A stretch of 64,000 nt of DNA from Basidiobolus meristosporus CBS 931.73 (GCA_002104905.1 MCFE01000404.1:16931-80930); one strand, 5' to 3'; counted from the stretch's first letter, positions 41,509-53,430 are shown. The notes: generated by a model from the letters alone, not told the origin. Made by a program: numbers and translations.

Positions 41509-41839
41509 GCAAATGACCTAACCCACCTGTCGCAACTTTCTGAATTCGAGTGTTTACTGCACGCCTTGTAAATATTTTCATTCCATACACACTTTCACAC
41601 ACCCAACCCAATCCGACCTGTCCGTTCACACCCTTTCAATGAGGGCTAATTATATATACGACATATTCGTGATTATAAATATAAATATACCATCCGATCA
41701 TTATTTTCTTTTATATATTCTATTACTGCTATTTGGACCGACCAGGGGAGAAACGAATATTTACAAATAAGCGCGAAATTCAAATCTATGATTAGCCGTA
41801 TGAAGTCCCTAATTGCGGAGGCTGAGGGATGCAAAGGGT

Positions 41840-43232
41840 TCATACGTGACCGAACGATGCAGATGCGAAGCCGATAGCGAGTAGCCCGACAAAGAACCAA
41901 ACAACGACCGTATTTCCCTTGGTGTCATATCTGAATGCGGATGGCAACATTCCTTGCACGACGATGAATGTCATCAACCCAGAGGTTGCCGCAAACACTA
42001 CGCCGTACAGAGTGGTCAATGAGCTGGGTTGGATTTCGTTCAATAGAATGTAGCCTAGAAGAGCACCTAATGGCTGTGACAAGCCACCCAGAATTCCCGC
42101 ATAGAGGAATGCTTTGGTGGAGGATCCAGTAGACGCATATAAGGGGATAGAGATCATCAGTCCTTCGGGAATGTTATGGATCGCAATAGCCAAGAAGAGT
42201 CCAAAGCCGAGAGAAGAAGAGACATGGTTGCCCAAGAACATGATTAAGCCCTCTGCAATTGAATGAGTTTAGTATTGTTCTTGGGGGAGTGTTGGGTGTT
42301 GAAGTGCTTACCAGGGAATTTGTGGATGGCAATGGCTACAGCGGTTTGAATTCCGACACTTAGGAGCTTCAGTTTTTCTTTCGTTTCGGTTTCTACGGCA
42401 GCAACATCGGCCATGCACACTGGTTCATGACAGTGAACAGATGTCCTTCTGTGCAACGTTTCGCATTGCTTCTGTTCATCTTGATTATCATGATGATGGT
42501 GGTGATGGTGATGGACGTGAGCCTCATTAGCGTGGTTATGTCCGTCGTGATGTGAGTGATTTTCATGGGTATCAGGACAGGTGACATCTGGTGTATAAGA
42601 ATGACAATGTTCGGACTGAGTACCATACGATGCATTGGAGGCGTCATGTGGTTGAAGTAATCTGCTAGTTTCATGGCCATTTGCACTTTGCTTATTATCA
42701 ATGGGGGAGGTTCCAATGTGGGCCTCCTCATCAATCTCTTCAATAGGAGGATGGCAAGGGCAGATGTCGTGAGGAGATATCCACTGAATCAGGCGGTTTA
42801 GCAGGAAGGCTAGCACGATGCCAAGGGCAAACATGCTTATTATTGTTACGTCCACGTATCTACCAACGGTTTCAGACTCAGCTAGGAAGTGTCGAGCCTC
42901 AGGCAGAAGTATAACTAAACTCGAGTATAACTAAATAAAAGTTAGGTGGAAAGGTTCAAATGATCACCTTTATGCTGATGAATTACCATAATTCCAGAAG
43001 CCAAGCCCAAGGACGCAGCCAAGAATGTTTTGGATTCTGTAATACGAAAATCGCTTTTGAAAACCCTCAGTGAAATTCCATCTATATACACGATAGATGC
43101 TAGACGAAGGAACACCGCCATCAGGTTAGAAAAAACGCAACAACAAAAAGATGAGTGTGCATACATACCCCCCAAAATACAGGCCATGCTAGAGCCAAAG
43201 ATCAAATACCAGGTTTCGGCCGAATTCGACAT
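41840..43232 (-). CDS. ZIP-family zinc/iron permease (ZupT/GufA-like), 3 exons
   Basis: FLAASLGLASGIM, His-rich loop (HVHHHHHHHH), GIQTAVAIAIHKFP-, IAIHNIPEG, LSQPLGA. Confidence 0.9.
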
Positions 43233-43772
43233 GCTCTCTTGTAAGACACTTGCGGAAAACCAAGACATTCTGTAGTAGTGAAATTCAGGGAGTACTCAAA
43301 GGAGATTTGAGTAAAGAGAAATGAAGAACTGTCAAGCGGAATAAAGGGCTATATAGCGGTAAAATGGACACCGTGTGCATATTAAATCAACCATGACCTA
43401 ACCTTTTACCCCAGTTTTACCATTCTATTGACTAGTTTTTTTCCAATCGAAGGGTATTTTTGGAAGAATGCTCTAATCTTTGGCCTATTGGATGACTAAT
43501 AGCTCTCTGATCGAGTACCTCTTAGGTTGTCACATGGGCCAATGGGAGTATGCTTGTTGACAGATATATGAAAATCGCTCATATCTGCGGATGTAACAAC
43601 TACGAAGGTACCCTTATAGTGTTCATGCGCGAGTTGACTTATCCCTACATCAAGTTGAGACCATTCTAGACAATTAGGTGCTTATCAAAACATCGATTTG
43701 GAAATGTTGATTATAATCATGTGTTGTTTATTATTAATGTATTATGAGTCATTCGAACAGCTTGTAAAAAAT

Positions 43773-44328
43773 CTAGAAGTAGGTTTTATAGAGTGTAAAA
43801 AGCACGGCGAAGAGGATAGGAAGCGCCAAGCTAGAAAGGAGGCTGGAAAAGGGTGTTCGTGAGTAGATGCTTCCATATCAATTCTAGTTTCTTATCTTAC
43901 CTTGAATCGTTCTTCTCAACTGCAACCGAACTGACAGCAGGTGCAGGGGGTCTCTCCACAACTTCCTGAAAGGAGGGTTTAGTTCGTTAGCAATTCGTAA
44001 TATGAGGACCATACGCTGAGAACTTACCCCTGGTGCCAATTCGCCGATATATAAACCTTCGAGAATCCGCTTTGCATCCTCGGAGTGTCCAACATCGATG
44101 AAGGCTTCGGAGGCATCTGAGCCAACTTGTTCAAGGATGACTTCCTCACCACCCGGATGCTAAACAAATCGAACAGATCAGCTAGGTAAAGCAAAAAAAA
44201 CCATTACAGTAAATAAAAACCTGATCTATAAAGTTGGTCACGTTGTAAATCTTTCCTTCGATACAGAACCATGCATCAGATTTGGTGTTATGAGCATTAA
44301 CTTCTTCAGCAGAGAAGATTTTGGGCAT
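43773..44328 (-). CDS. CYB5: Cytochrome b5 (tail-anchored; missed by the ORF track)
   Basis: [66 protein letters not shown]...IGEL, then a C-terminal TM segment. Confidence 0.9.
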
Positions 44329-44791
44329 TTTTTGAGCTGACGTGAAGAAACGAAAAATGGACGTAGGCAGTAATCTTTTGGATATCTAAATACTGTTCCG
44401 GAAAGGACTAGATTAGGGAATCGATTTCGGAGCCCTAGAAAAGGACCCATTTTGACATCTAGGCATCATGCCAATTAATTGCTCAATGTTCGCGATTCAA
44501 TCTTTTGGAGAACCATGCTGTTGGAATGTTACACGGACTAGCAACTATGGAGCGATGATACTGAGTTGTATGAGAATGATTCCGACATGGATTTATAACA
44601 ATCAACAACGACGGAGATCTCGGAAGAATATCTAGGAAATCTGGCAATATACCTAGGGAGTTTAAACTTGGTTTCTGCCAAGTTTCAATCGGTTGATTTG
44701 TTTCGTTCCCATTCCTCTATTTAAAGTGGACATGGTCGAGCGTGATACACAAATCAAGTTCTCTTCTCGATAAAATATCATCTATTCTGCC

Positions 44792-46318
44792 ATGAGATTC
44801 TCTTCATCGCGCATTCTCTTCGCCTTCTCTAGCATTGTTGCTGTTCAGGCTGCAGTGATCAGAAGGCATAACGGTGAAGATCACGGCACTAGTGTAGTGA
44901 GTGATGAAAAATATAATCAAAACACTGATTCCGCTCTGATTTACAATCCCCATGATATACGAGGTTCCGGGTCTGGAGGCGCTGGTCCCGATGACAACCC
45001 AGTGAAGAACCAAAAGAGCAAGAAAAAGCCAAAGAAATGTCACAAGTCTAAAGTTGCTCTTGAGGATCATAAACCATCGCCCAACTCTGCGAGTGACGCT
45101 GGGGAGAGTCACAACGATCCTCCAAAATATGACCATGATGACGACAGTGGTGTCGATGCTTACGACGATTCAAGTAATAAATACGAGGACAACTACCAAC
45201 CGGAGTCTGATTACGAAGGCGACAATGCTGGTGGTGAGGGGGATGGAAATAGCAATGATTACTATCCGGAAAAGGGTTCATTTGATGAAGACATGTCAAC
45301 ACACAAACCAGATGAAGATGGTGGGGCAAAGCCGAATTCCGAAGATACAAAGGGAGACTACGACCACCCTGAGGAGTCCGGTGAAGAGGCACCTAGCATT
45401 GATGAGGATACACCCTCTTATGTTCCAGGGGATGATACATACGATAAAAACGTGTCAGAGGAGCCTTCCCAACAAAACATTGATTCCACATATGAAGGAT
45501 CTGAAGGCCAAGGCGGTGGATATAACTATGACGCAGGAATGAATGACCATAAAAGCGGGGATGACTGCAAAAATCACGATAAAGTGAGGGAAGATCATAT
45601 TGATATAGCAAGTGAGGAAAAACCATACTGTGAAGGAACTAAAGCATGTGGTCAAGAGCAATATCCTGCAAGCGACCCCTATTCACCGATGAAAGATACC
45701 ACTCATGAAATGAATGCTTCTTATAGTGGCGATGGTGGCGGATCAGAGGATGCGTACCAACCAAGCAACTATAGTGGTTCTGGTGATGGAGGCTCGCCTG
45801 ATGGGTCAGATAGCGAGAGCTATAGGTGTAGCATGTCTGGTGATGGAGGCTCGCCTGATGGGTCAGATACAGCACCTAGCGCTCAGAAAGATGCCTATTC
45901 AACTAAGGATGTGTACCAACCAAGCAACCATAGTGGTTCTGGTGATGGAGGCTCGCCTGCTGGGTCAGACGCAGCACCTAACGCTCAGAATGATGCCTAT
46001 TCAACTAAGGATGTGTACCAACCAAGCAACCATAGTGGTTCTGGTGGTGCAGGCTCGCCTACTGGGTCGGACGCAGCACCTAACGCTCAGAATGATGCCT
46101 ATTCAACTAAGGATATGTACCAACCAAGCAACTATAGTGGTTCTGGCGATGGAGGCTCTCCTGCTGGATCAGACGCAGCACCTAACGCTCAGAAAGATAT
46201 CTATTCAACTAAGGGTGAGTACCAACCAAGTAACTATAGTGGTTCTGGCGATGGAGGCTCGCCTGCTGGATCAGATTCAGCACCAATGTACCAAACAAAC
46301 GACTACAGTGTCTATTAG
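44792..46318 (+). CDS. Secreted acidic low-complexity protein with 34-aa tandem repeats
   Basis: Signal peptide MRFSSSRILFAFSSIVAVQA; rich in D/E/S/G; intronless, 508 aa. Confidence 0.8.
   Translation: MRFSSSRILFAFSSIVAVQAAVIRRHNGEDHGTSVVSDEKYNQNTDSALIYNPHDIRGSGSGGAGPDDNPVKNQKSKKKPKKCHKSKVALEDHKPSPNSASDAGESHNDPPKYDHDDDSGVDAYDDSSNKYEDNYQPESDYEGDNAGGEGDGNSNDYYPEKGSFDEDMSTHKPDEDGGAKPNSEDTKGDYDHPEESGEEAPSIDEDTPSYVPGDDTYDKNVSEEPSQQNIDSTYEGSEGQGGGYNYDAGMNDHKSGDDCKNHDKVREDHIDIASEEKPYCEGTKACGQEQYPASDPYSPMKDTTHEMNASYSGDGGGSEDAYQPSNYSGSGDGGSPDGSDSESYRCSMSGDGGSPDGSDTAPSAQKDAYSTKDVYQPSNHSGSGDGGSPAGSDAAPNAQNDAYSTKDVYQPSNHSGSGGAGSPTGSDAAPNAQNDAYSTKDMYQPSNYSGSGDGGSPAGSDAAPNAQKDIYSTKGEYQPSNYSGSGDGGSPAGSDSAPMYQTNDYSVY
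45755..46280 (+). repeat. 102-bp coding tandem repeat (about 5 units)
   Basis: The YQPSN codons recur at 45914, 46016, 46118 and 46220 (exact 102-bp period), with an earlier copy at 45755. Confidence 0.9.
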
Positions 46319-46576
46319 GCATCTACTTCCACCTAGCACAATATTTATTTATTATTAGAGTAGCTGATATCTAATATTTTGGAAAATAAACAATCTGATT
46401 GAAACCTTTAATCCTGTCTGCATCTAGTTGGAAATATCACAGGACAACAACACGAGCAAATAATCAAGAATTGTATACCTAGGCGCATCAACAATGATCA
46501 GGATGTAAGTAGATACTAGAGCAAGTTAGCCTAGTCAGTCATGATCCGTGGAGTTCACATAGCCAGTAATCATCAA

Positions 46577-46655
46577 TATTGTTCTGGCGATCCACGAAGC
46601 TAGCCGGTATTGTTCTGGCGATCCACGAAGCTAGTCGGTATTGTTCTGGTGATCC
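46577..46655 (+). repeat. 31-bp tandem repeat (about 2.5 copies) upstream of the CHAP gene
   Basis: TATTGTTCTGGCGATCCACGAAGCTAGCCGG units at 46577, 46608 and 46639 (partial). Confidence 0.85.
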
Positions 46656-46817
46656 ATTATCAAGTGATTAATTTTGGTAAAAGAAGGTGCCACGGAGAAT
46701 ATTTCCAGCGGAGATTTTCATGGCAGTAACGATATATAAATTTTGATTCATGGCAGTAATGATGTATAAATCAGCAAAACCACCAGATTTATTTGCTTTC
46801 ATATCTCTGTATCCACG

Positions 46818-47285
46818 ATGCTGATTCTTCGCCTACTACTCATCCTCGGACTCGTGTTTTCAACCATGCAAGTTTCGGAGACCAACGGACAGAGGCCCAC
46901 AAACCCCTCGAAAAATCCCATGTATCTTGAGTTTCGTTTTAAGAATGGCCAGTGCACAGATTGGGCGGACGCCAGATACTTTCAATTAAGCGGATATCAT
47001 ACAGAGTGGTGGGGAGACGCGCGTGTATGGTCGTACAGAGCTGCAAGAACTAAGGGATGGGTTGTATCCAATACACCCAGAGTCCCATCCCTGATTGTAA
47101 TCCAACCATATGTCCAGAATGGCGGTGGCACCGGCCATGTAGCGGTGGTAGAGGCAGTGAACAAGGACGGTACAGTGCACACATCAAACTTCAACTGGAA
47201 AGTAGGTAGGAGAGGTGGGCCATACATCAAAACATATACTACGTTTAGAGTGGGACCTGGAGTCAAATTCATATGGCATCGCTAG
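46818..47285 (+). CDS. Secreted CHAP-domain (peptidoglycan amidase/peptidase-like) protein
   Basis: Signal peptide; GQCT (Cys46), WGDARVW, GHVAVVEAVNKDGTV (His107), SNFN. This is the SsaA/CHAP motif pattern. Intronless. Confidence 0.9.
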   Translation: MLILRLLLILGLVFSTMQVSETNGQRPTNPSKNPMYLEFRFKNGQCTDWADARYFQLSGYHTEWWGDARVWSYRAARTKGWVVSNTPRVPSLIVIQPYVQNGGGTGHVAVVEAVNKDGTVHTSNFNWKVGRRGGPYIKTYTTFRVGPGVKFIWHR

Positions 47286-47294
47286 GCCTTTTCA

Positions 47295-47415
47295 TCAATA
47301 ATTATGATTCTTATTTAGCATTTTTCTCAATAATTATGATTCGTATTTAGCATTTTTTATCATTTATTATGGTTCGTGTTTAGCGTTTTTTATCGTTGAC
47401 CATATGGCTCGCATC
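47295..47415 (+). repeat. 32-33-bp degenerate tandem repeat (about 3.5 copies) downstream of the CHAP gene
   Basis: TCAATAATTATGATTC(T/G)TATTTAGCATTTTT units that decay to the right. Confidence 0.8.
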
Positions 47416-47598
47416 TTTATGAATAAATACTTTATTGTTACGTTGACTGGAATGGATGTCCTGCAAAATATATATTCAGTCATCTAAAGATATGCTCAGT
47501 CATTTTTATCAAGACAGAGGGCGCAATAGTAAATACGGTATATTCTATCTAATCAAGAATTACGACGCCATTCGCGGTGATGATATGTTTAGCGATGA

Positions 47599-48246
47599 TC
47601 AATCAAACGTTTGTAACTTGGCTATCAAGCCTGGGCTCCACTTTTCGAAACATTCGGATGAGCATATATGCTCAGCAGATTGATGAAAGCTGCTGATGTC
47701 TTGCTGAAGCGCCGACCGTAGGTTCTCAATCGATGCCGTGTCGTACTTGTGGCTCAGGATCTTTTCTGCTTCCTTCCACATATCCTCCTCGAAACCACTG
47801 CCCTCTTCGGTAAGGATTTGCAGCTTCTCCGCAACACCCAGGCGTGTTCTTGAAAGGACATCGTCGAGATAATAAATGATTGAACCCGGTGAGCCACACA
47901 CCTCTTCACAATAGTAATTGGGACAGCCTTCTAGCTCAGTACGATAGCACCTAGCATGATACTTGTCGAATATCCCGTGGTGCATGATGTTGTTGAGCTC
48001 GCGTAAAGCCTCATGGCGAATGCCCTCTACAGCACGGCTGATCACTTTCTCCAGCTCAGGGAACTCCTTGACTTGTGGGCTCATAGTAGATACTATGTTT
48101 TGCTCTAAGGAATGGAACTGCTCCATAATCACTGGTGTATATAACGAGGCGAACTCGTTATCCATGGCAATCTTGCACTCTTTCTCGCATGCCAAAACAC
48201 CAACTAGACAAAGGCTCACCAAACCAAGTAGATTCGAAAGTCTCAT
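47599..48246 (-). CDS. Secreted Cys-rich protein, paralog 3
   Basis: MRLSNLLGLVSLCLVGVLA, then CEKEC...HARC...GCPNYYCEEVCGSPGSIIYYL. Confidence 0.85.
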   Translation of the reverse strand: MRLSNLLGLVSLCLVGVLACEKECKIAMDNEFASLYTPVIMEQFHSLEQNIVSTMSPQVKEFPELEKVISRAVEGIRHEALRELNNIMHHGIFDKYHARCYRTELEGCPNYYCEEVCGSPGSIIYYLDDVLSRTRLGVAEKLQILTEEGSGFEEDMWKEAEKILSHKYDTASIENLRSALQQDISSFHQSAEHICSSECFEKWSPGLIAKLQTFD

Positions 48247-48628
48247 TGCTGTTAGTAAATCTAGAAAAACGGAGCAACGAAATGTGGGGACAAACATATT
48301 GCTGCACCCTTATATACAATACAGTCAACATTCCTTTAATCCCCTCCGAAATACTATGCAAACTCCTGAGACCAATGCTATATTTGCTTACAGATCCAGC
48401 AGGTCGGAAAAATTGGCTGGCACCATTCCCCCTGCCTCGGAGAATCCATGACAAGAAAATATATCGAGAGGCCAATTTATTGGGCATGAGTCTAAATGCT
48501 ACACTACATATCTACAAAGGAAGGGTGAGTAAATTTGGATGGAAGATAAAGCATTGGGGAGTAAATTGTGTTCAAATATTGCAGTGGCTAATGGCTGTAC
48601 AGTCACTTCTCCATGTCAATGGACAAGC

Positions 48629-49363
48629 TCAATCTGAGTTTTGAAGAACCCACGAAGCGATACGAGCTCCGGGGTCTGAGCGGCTTCTCAATCTACCCAA
48701 TCGATTCCGGATCAGATGGGGTAAACTTTTACATCTATATAAGCGCCGTTTGGTCTGTGAGAAAGAAGAAACGATCGAACTAGTGGTTGATCCGGTCCGC
48801 TCTCTAACTAGCTTCGGCTCCAAGGTAAGTGGATCAGTCTCGCTGCTGTGGGAGACTACCGTACTTGTCTCCTGGCTCCCGGCCTTAAGTAGGTGACGTC
48901 GGATCTCTTTGAATTGCTTTGCCTCGGCAAGGTTCAGTGGGGTGCATCCGTATTTGTCTTTGGTGTCGACCGAAGCTCCATAGCGAAGCAGAATTTCTAC
49001 AATCTCGAGGTCCCCCTTTGCTACAGCAAAATGGAGGGCTGAGGTGCCGTGGTAATTGGAGTTTTCTCGCAGTATATCGTTAGCGCCGGTGTAGTGTTTT
49101 GAGTAGCTCCGACAGTTGACATCCGCGCCTCTTTGAACCAAGTATTCAACAACTGCGGCGTTTCCGGTACAGCATGCAGCATGAATTGGCAACAGACCAT
49201 GTACAACTGAGTCAATTGGTTGCCCTTGGTCGAGGGCGAACTTTACAAGGCCAAGGTTACCAGAGGCTGCAGCCGAATGTAAGCCAAGGTTACGAAAACC
49301 TGGGACGGTTTGCTTGGTGTGTTTTTTTTGGAAGGGGGAGGTCGGTTTTGCGAGTAGATTCAT
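48629..49363 (-). CDS. Ankyrin-repeat protein
   Basis: LHSAAASGNLGLV, PIHAACCTGNAAVVEYLVQRGADVN, ALHFAVAKGDLEIVEILLRYGA, TPLNLA. Confidence 0.85.
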   Translation of the reverse strand: MNLLAKPTSPFQKKHTKQTVPGFRNLGLHSAAASGNLGLVKFALDQGQPIDSVVHGLLPIHAACCTGNAAVVEYLVQRGADVNCRSYSKHYTGANDILRENSNYHGTSALHFAVAKGDLEIVEILLRYGASVDTKDKYGCTPLNLAEAKQFKEIRRHLLKAGSQETSTVVSHSSETDPLTLEPKLVRERTGSTTSSIVSSFSQTKRRLYRCKSLPHLIRNRLGRLRSRSDPGARIASWVLQNSD

Positions 49364-49979
49364 TTTGATGGAGTCAATCCAAATCGGTAATGTGTTGTGA
49401 AAGGTTAAACTGGATCGCAGAGTGAAGTTGCACGAATACGACTGTGAATGAAATAATCTACAATACGAATCCGAATCATCCTAAGGAAACCACATCTTAA
49501 TATGAAATTTAAGGGTTCCCGAGCCAACGTGCGGTAATTTTTTTCCACAAACAGACTACTCCAGATCACCTGAAATGCGGTAATCCCAGCTGCCATGCAA
49601 AGATTCAGATGGAATCTTTTCCAAAATGGGTCATTAGCAATGTTTATTGGGTGTGGGGTTCGAATGCGGATTGGGATTCGAGCCAATGGCCAGAAGCCAG
49701 TGTTCTATATTGATTATTTATATAGGTGGTACACCAGGCCATCTCACAGCCAATGAATGCCTCGACAATGCCATTGTATGTTCCGAAATGTGATTCTTTT
49801 TGTTTTTACAAACATTCCCAATGGTGTCATAATTTTAGCGCGTGTAATCGCGCAGTCGATACACAGCCTAATGATCATGAGATGAATATTTGAGAGCGAC
49901 AATCACGTGATTCTATTTTTTCAGTCGAGTTCTTGACAGTTGGTGAATGTTCTCCTGAAACTAGCTCTTTGATACTGAA

Positions 49980-50934
49980 ATGGGCAAAGGCGATTTTTTA
50001 ACACCGAAGGCGATCGCCAACAGGATCAAAGCCAAGGGCTTACAAAAGTTGAGATGGTATTGTCAGATGTGTCAAAAGCAATGCAGAGATGAAAACGGAT
50101 TTAAAGTAGGTACCTTTTTGTATACGCAGTCCTGTCGAACTTTAGCTGATCGTTATGTAGTGTCACTGTGCTTCGGAAAGTCATCAAAGACAAATGAAGC
50201 TTTTTGCTGAAAATCCCAAAAAGTACATGGAGAGTTTTTCTCAGGAATTCCTGAGTGAATTCCTCAAGGTCTTGTCTCACAGGTAAGGGATTCTATAACA
50301 TCCTATACCTGACCCGATCACTCAATCCAGTCTTTTAGGCACGGAACGAAGCGCACCTTTGCTAATCAAGTCTATCAAGAGCTAATCAGTGATAGAAATC
50401 ACTTGCACATGAACGCCACTAGATGGTCCTCCTTAACCGAATTTGTCGTATATCTCGGGAAAGAGGGTCTCTGTGAAGTAGACGAAACAGAAAGAGGCTG
50501 GTTTATTGCTTGGATCGACCGAAGTGCGAAAGCATTAGCTCGACAGGTAAGCGCCTAATGGTTGGGAGACGATTAATAGCGCTGCTTCTAACGTCTACTT
50601 TTAGGCTGCGATACAAAAGAAAGAGCGTACATCGATGAACGACGAGGAGCGCGAGAAGAAGCTTATCGCCGAACAAATCGCTCGCGCTAAAGTTCAAAAC
50701 CCAGAACCAGAGCCGCAGTTTACTGCTCTACAGCGGGAGAATGAAAATGAAAAGATCAAGTTGAACTTTACCATGAAAAAGACGATAAAAAAGCCTGAGG
50801 TTAAGAAAGGCGGTCTGAAAGCCTTGATCGGCGCATCCAAGAGTTCCACCAATTCGAAGCCGTTGATAGAGAAGCCCAAGAAGTTAACCGCATTGGAAGA
50901 GATCATTCTTAAGGAGACTCAACGATCCGGCTGA
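49980..50934 (+). CDS. KIN17: KIN17/Rts2 zinc-finger protein (multi-exon)
   Basis: TPKAIANRIKAKGLQKLRWYCQMCQKQCRDENGFK-CHCASESHQRQM...LHMNATRWSSLTEFV.YLGKEGLC.VDETERG.FIAWID. Confidence 0.93.
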
Positions 50935-51897
50935 GCTGAAGAATAAATACCATCATGTTTGTGTCAGTAATCGAGAAGGAAGCTGAACCCTAGGTGACTT
51001 CAGCGAAATGGGATTCTGTTATGCTTGCACAGAATCCACATTTCAGGCTACTATGCTCAGTCACTATCTACCATATGCGGGTATTTCTTGTACAAAGGTA
51101 AACCTCAATGATATGACATACGTTGAAACGCATGTATACTAGCTGAAGAAATAAAATGTCCACAATTTCGATATCATGTGACTTATCACTCACACACTAC
51201 ATTAACTATACAGCCAAAGTCAATGTTGCAAAATGTTGGAGGGATTTGGTCCTACTTTGCACTCATGTTCGTTGCCAGGGATGATATTTGTTATGCCTTC
51301 TGTCTTGTTGATGCAAATATCCTTCCATAGTTCCAATATTCTAGAAAGGCAATTAGAAAGGCATATGCTGAAATATGGGAGTGGAGGTACAGGCAGTAGT
51401 TGCTCAATACAGAAAATCCATTATACTATATCATATCATATCAGAGGATACAGACATTGTATCAACCAGGTGTGTTAAGTGGATAGTCCTACCATTTCAA
51501 CAACGTAGAGGCTTTATCATAAAGGGCTGACTGCGAAATCCTTATTAAAGATCTCAGCAACGTATTACAAATTATACTTTTACCTCTAACCCTATGTAGG
51601 AGCAACACCAGTGATAGTTATGGTTTACTACGTAATCAAGTACTGTTCGTGTGTTACATGATTATTATTCATCTCATCGCCGAGTTAGTAAAGGATATCA
51701 AGTGCAATAATGTAGCTATATATACCCTGGCATATTGTGCTACAGGTAGGTGGGTAATTATAGTGTCGCTGCCGCCACACGGAGATCCTCGATGTATCAC
51801 TACACGATGTCAGTAACAGAGAAGCTTGTCGGTAACTTCCTAGAGCGTTTACACAGTATCAAAGTGGTTCATTTCGAAATGACTCAATGCAATAGCA

Positions 51898-52783
51898 TTG
51901 CCCTTGGCTGATTGCAGAACTGCGACAGCGTCCAAGTGCACAATGGATTCCTATTTCTCAACAGCTGCGATAGCCGCCAGAGGCAATATAAATACAGTGA
52001 GTGAGACGGGACTCATTCCATATACAATAGACTTCTCTTTTTTGACCATCGTCTCGACCGCACCCATCAGCGCCATTTCCGCCCAAAATATGTCCTACGG
52101 CAACTTTATCCATTCAGTCAATGCTACCTCCTTGGAGCATGTCACTGGTGGAGTCATCGCAGTTGATAAGAGCGGCAAGACTATCCAGGTGGAGAGCAAT
52201 GTCAGCGGGAGTCGGGCTACACAAATCGCCAGGAAGTATGGCGTGAGATTCTTCCCGCTTGGTAACAAGAAGTTTCTTATACCCGGCTTGATTGAGACCC
52301 ATATCCATACTGCACAGTATGTATTTACTGGATTGGGAATGGACTTGCAGCTGCTTGACTGGCTCAATATATTCACTTTCCCACGCGAGTCTCAATTCAA
52401 CAACACCAACTATGCCAAGAACGCATACAGCTGGGTAGTGGACCGAGTGATTCGAGGTGGTACCACAGGTGCCAGCTACTATGCTGAGATCCTCAACAAT
52501 ATTGTGGCAGCTAGAGGGCAGATTGCTTTTGTCGGGAAGGCTCACATGGATCGCAATTCCCCCAATTACCTTGCTGAAACCACTGACCAGAGTCTCAAGG
52601 ATACCAAGACATTCATCCAGTACGCGCTTGGGAAGAAGAACTCCCGCGTCACTTCCATTGTTACTCCCCGCTTTGTTCCATCCTGAACAAGTGAAGTAAT
52701 GAGGGGGCTTGGCAATTTTGCAGCCAAGTACAACGTTCCTATCCAGTCACATCTGAGTGAAATTTAGATGAAGTTGCGTGGTG
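51898..52783 (+). pseudogene. Guanine deaminase (amidohydrolase), 3'-truncated pseudogene
   Basis: LIPGLIETHIHTAQY, LLDWLNIFTFPRE, GTTGASYY, IVTPRFVPS*, IQSHLSE. Has an in-frame stop and indels; homology stops abruptly at 52783. Confidence 0.85.
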
Positions 52784-53430
52784 TTAGTGGGAGGCAAGTC
52801 ATCATTGCAGTGAAATCCTTATTTTTGCAAAGTAGTTACAAAATAATCACTGAAGCTAAACAATACAGAAGCCAGCTAAGAGTTTTAAATCTCTTGAGTA
52901 AACAATACTAACTTGCACTTAGTTTCTTGGTTAATATTGGACCAGATTAAATGAAGTTCTTCTTGAGAGAAGTGGAAACTGAAGGGTTTTGGGGGAATCA
53001 CTAATTGCAAGTGACACTTGATCAACATAGTGAAAACTGCAGCAAAAGCCTGGAATCATGTTGTCAAGGAACAGGGTAAGGACTTTTGTGTTGCTCTGCT
53101 AAATTGCAAGAAGGTAGTCAAGGGCCACAACCTTGTGTTTTTCTGCTTTCAGCAACTTTGTAGGTAGCACCATAACAGGAGGAGAGTTGGCCAATATATG
53201 CCAACAGCAAGATTTGTGCAAGTGTTGCTGATAAAGCTTTTGTAGAAGTAGTGGATTACTGGATTGTTTGACCTCCACAAGGAAGAAAGCTATAGGGGGT
53301 ACTATGCAGATTTGAAACAGGTGGAATCCAAAAATCCCATTCAGTACATGCACAAAGGATTATTCAGGCAAATCAGGGACTATGGCCCTAATACAATAAT
53401 TGAGAAACTTCATTAAACAGTAGAATTTTG
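52784..53430 (-). mobile_element. Degenerate non-LTR retroelement 3' fragment (family E, A-like)
   Basis: Begins (+) TTAGTGGGAGGCAAGTC...GTGAAATCCTTATTT, a decayed copy of the shared tail. Encodes GIFGF...SCCWHIL...PPKP...EEL, homologous to the A/B C-termini. Confidence 0.7.

Noticed and set aside
46577-47415. Short direct repeats around the CHAP gene as a CRISPR array
   Set aside because: The units are contiguous with no unique spacers, there are no cas genes, and the context is eukaryotic.
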